Positions 15,417-15,417 of a stretch of DNA of 15,417 nucleotides are shown one piece after another. The DNA comes from Pseudomonadota bacterium. GTDB taxonomy: Bacteria; Bdellovibrionota; Bdellovibrionia; Bdellovibrionales; SG-bin7. The position numbers and the translations under genes are program-made. The notes under the pieces were generated by a model. That model made no database searches. It was not told where the DNA came from and saw nothing but the letters and a program-made list of their open reading frames with translations. The stretch lies in the NCBI GenBank assembly GCA_034439715.1, contig JAWXAY010000005.1, positions 1 to 15,417 on the forward strand, in the 5' to 3' direction. Position 1 is the first letter of the stretch; each line of letters opens with the position of its first letter.

Positions 15417-15417
15417 T

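Noticed and set aside
1..15417. Inward-facing wHTH-like gene ends at both edges as boundaries of a mobile element
   Set aside because: Only about 30 aa are visible at each edge, with ambiguous frames and no evident DNA similarity. No transposase, integrase or terminal repeats were seen.
1..15417. CRISPR array, tRNA, rRNA or riboswitch
   Set aside because: Intergenic gaps are short (under about 180 bp), with no repeat-spacer periodicity or recognisable RNA motifs by eye. A covariance-model search was not run.

Overview
AT-rich bacterial DNA. The FQGC/VQNC-type lipoprotein signals and the long LspA fusion suggest Bdellovibrionota, but this is an inference. From left to right: (1) the 3' end of an unidentified gene and a lipoprotein with 17-aa beta-solenoid repeats; (2) a tightly coupled carotenoid operon, DUF2141-crtY-crtE-crtI-crtB-orphan membrane protein-crtG-like, with no crtZ or crtW; (3) a pstSCAB phosphate ABC operon with no phoU; (4) an uncharacterised envelope locus. 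That locus has two exported DUF4331-like proteins that look like the N- and C-halves of one family member. Divergent from them lie a three-domain fusion (signal peptidase II + TM-TM-HAMP-like + CxxC peroxiredoxin-like) and a HupE/UreJ-family protein, followed by a convergent, apparently 5'-truncated TPR gene. The best novelty candidates are the LspA-HAMP-redoxin fusion with its DUF4331/HupE/TPR neighbours, and the orphan crt-operon membrane protein carrying a duplicated D-x3-H-x3-Y-x7/8-E-x3-H putative di-metal motif. All family calls come from motif recognition by eye; no searches were run.
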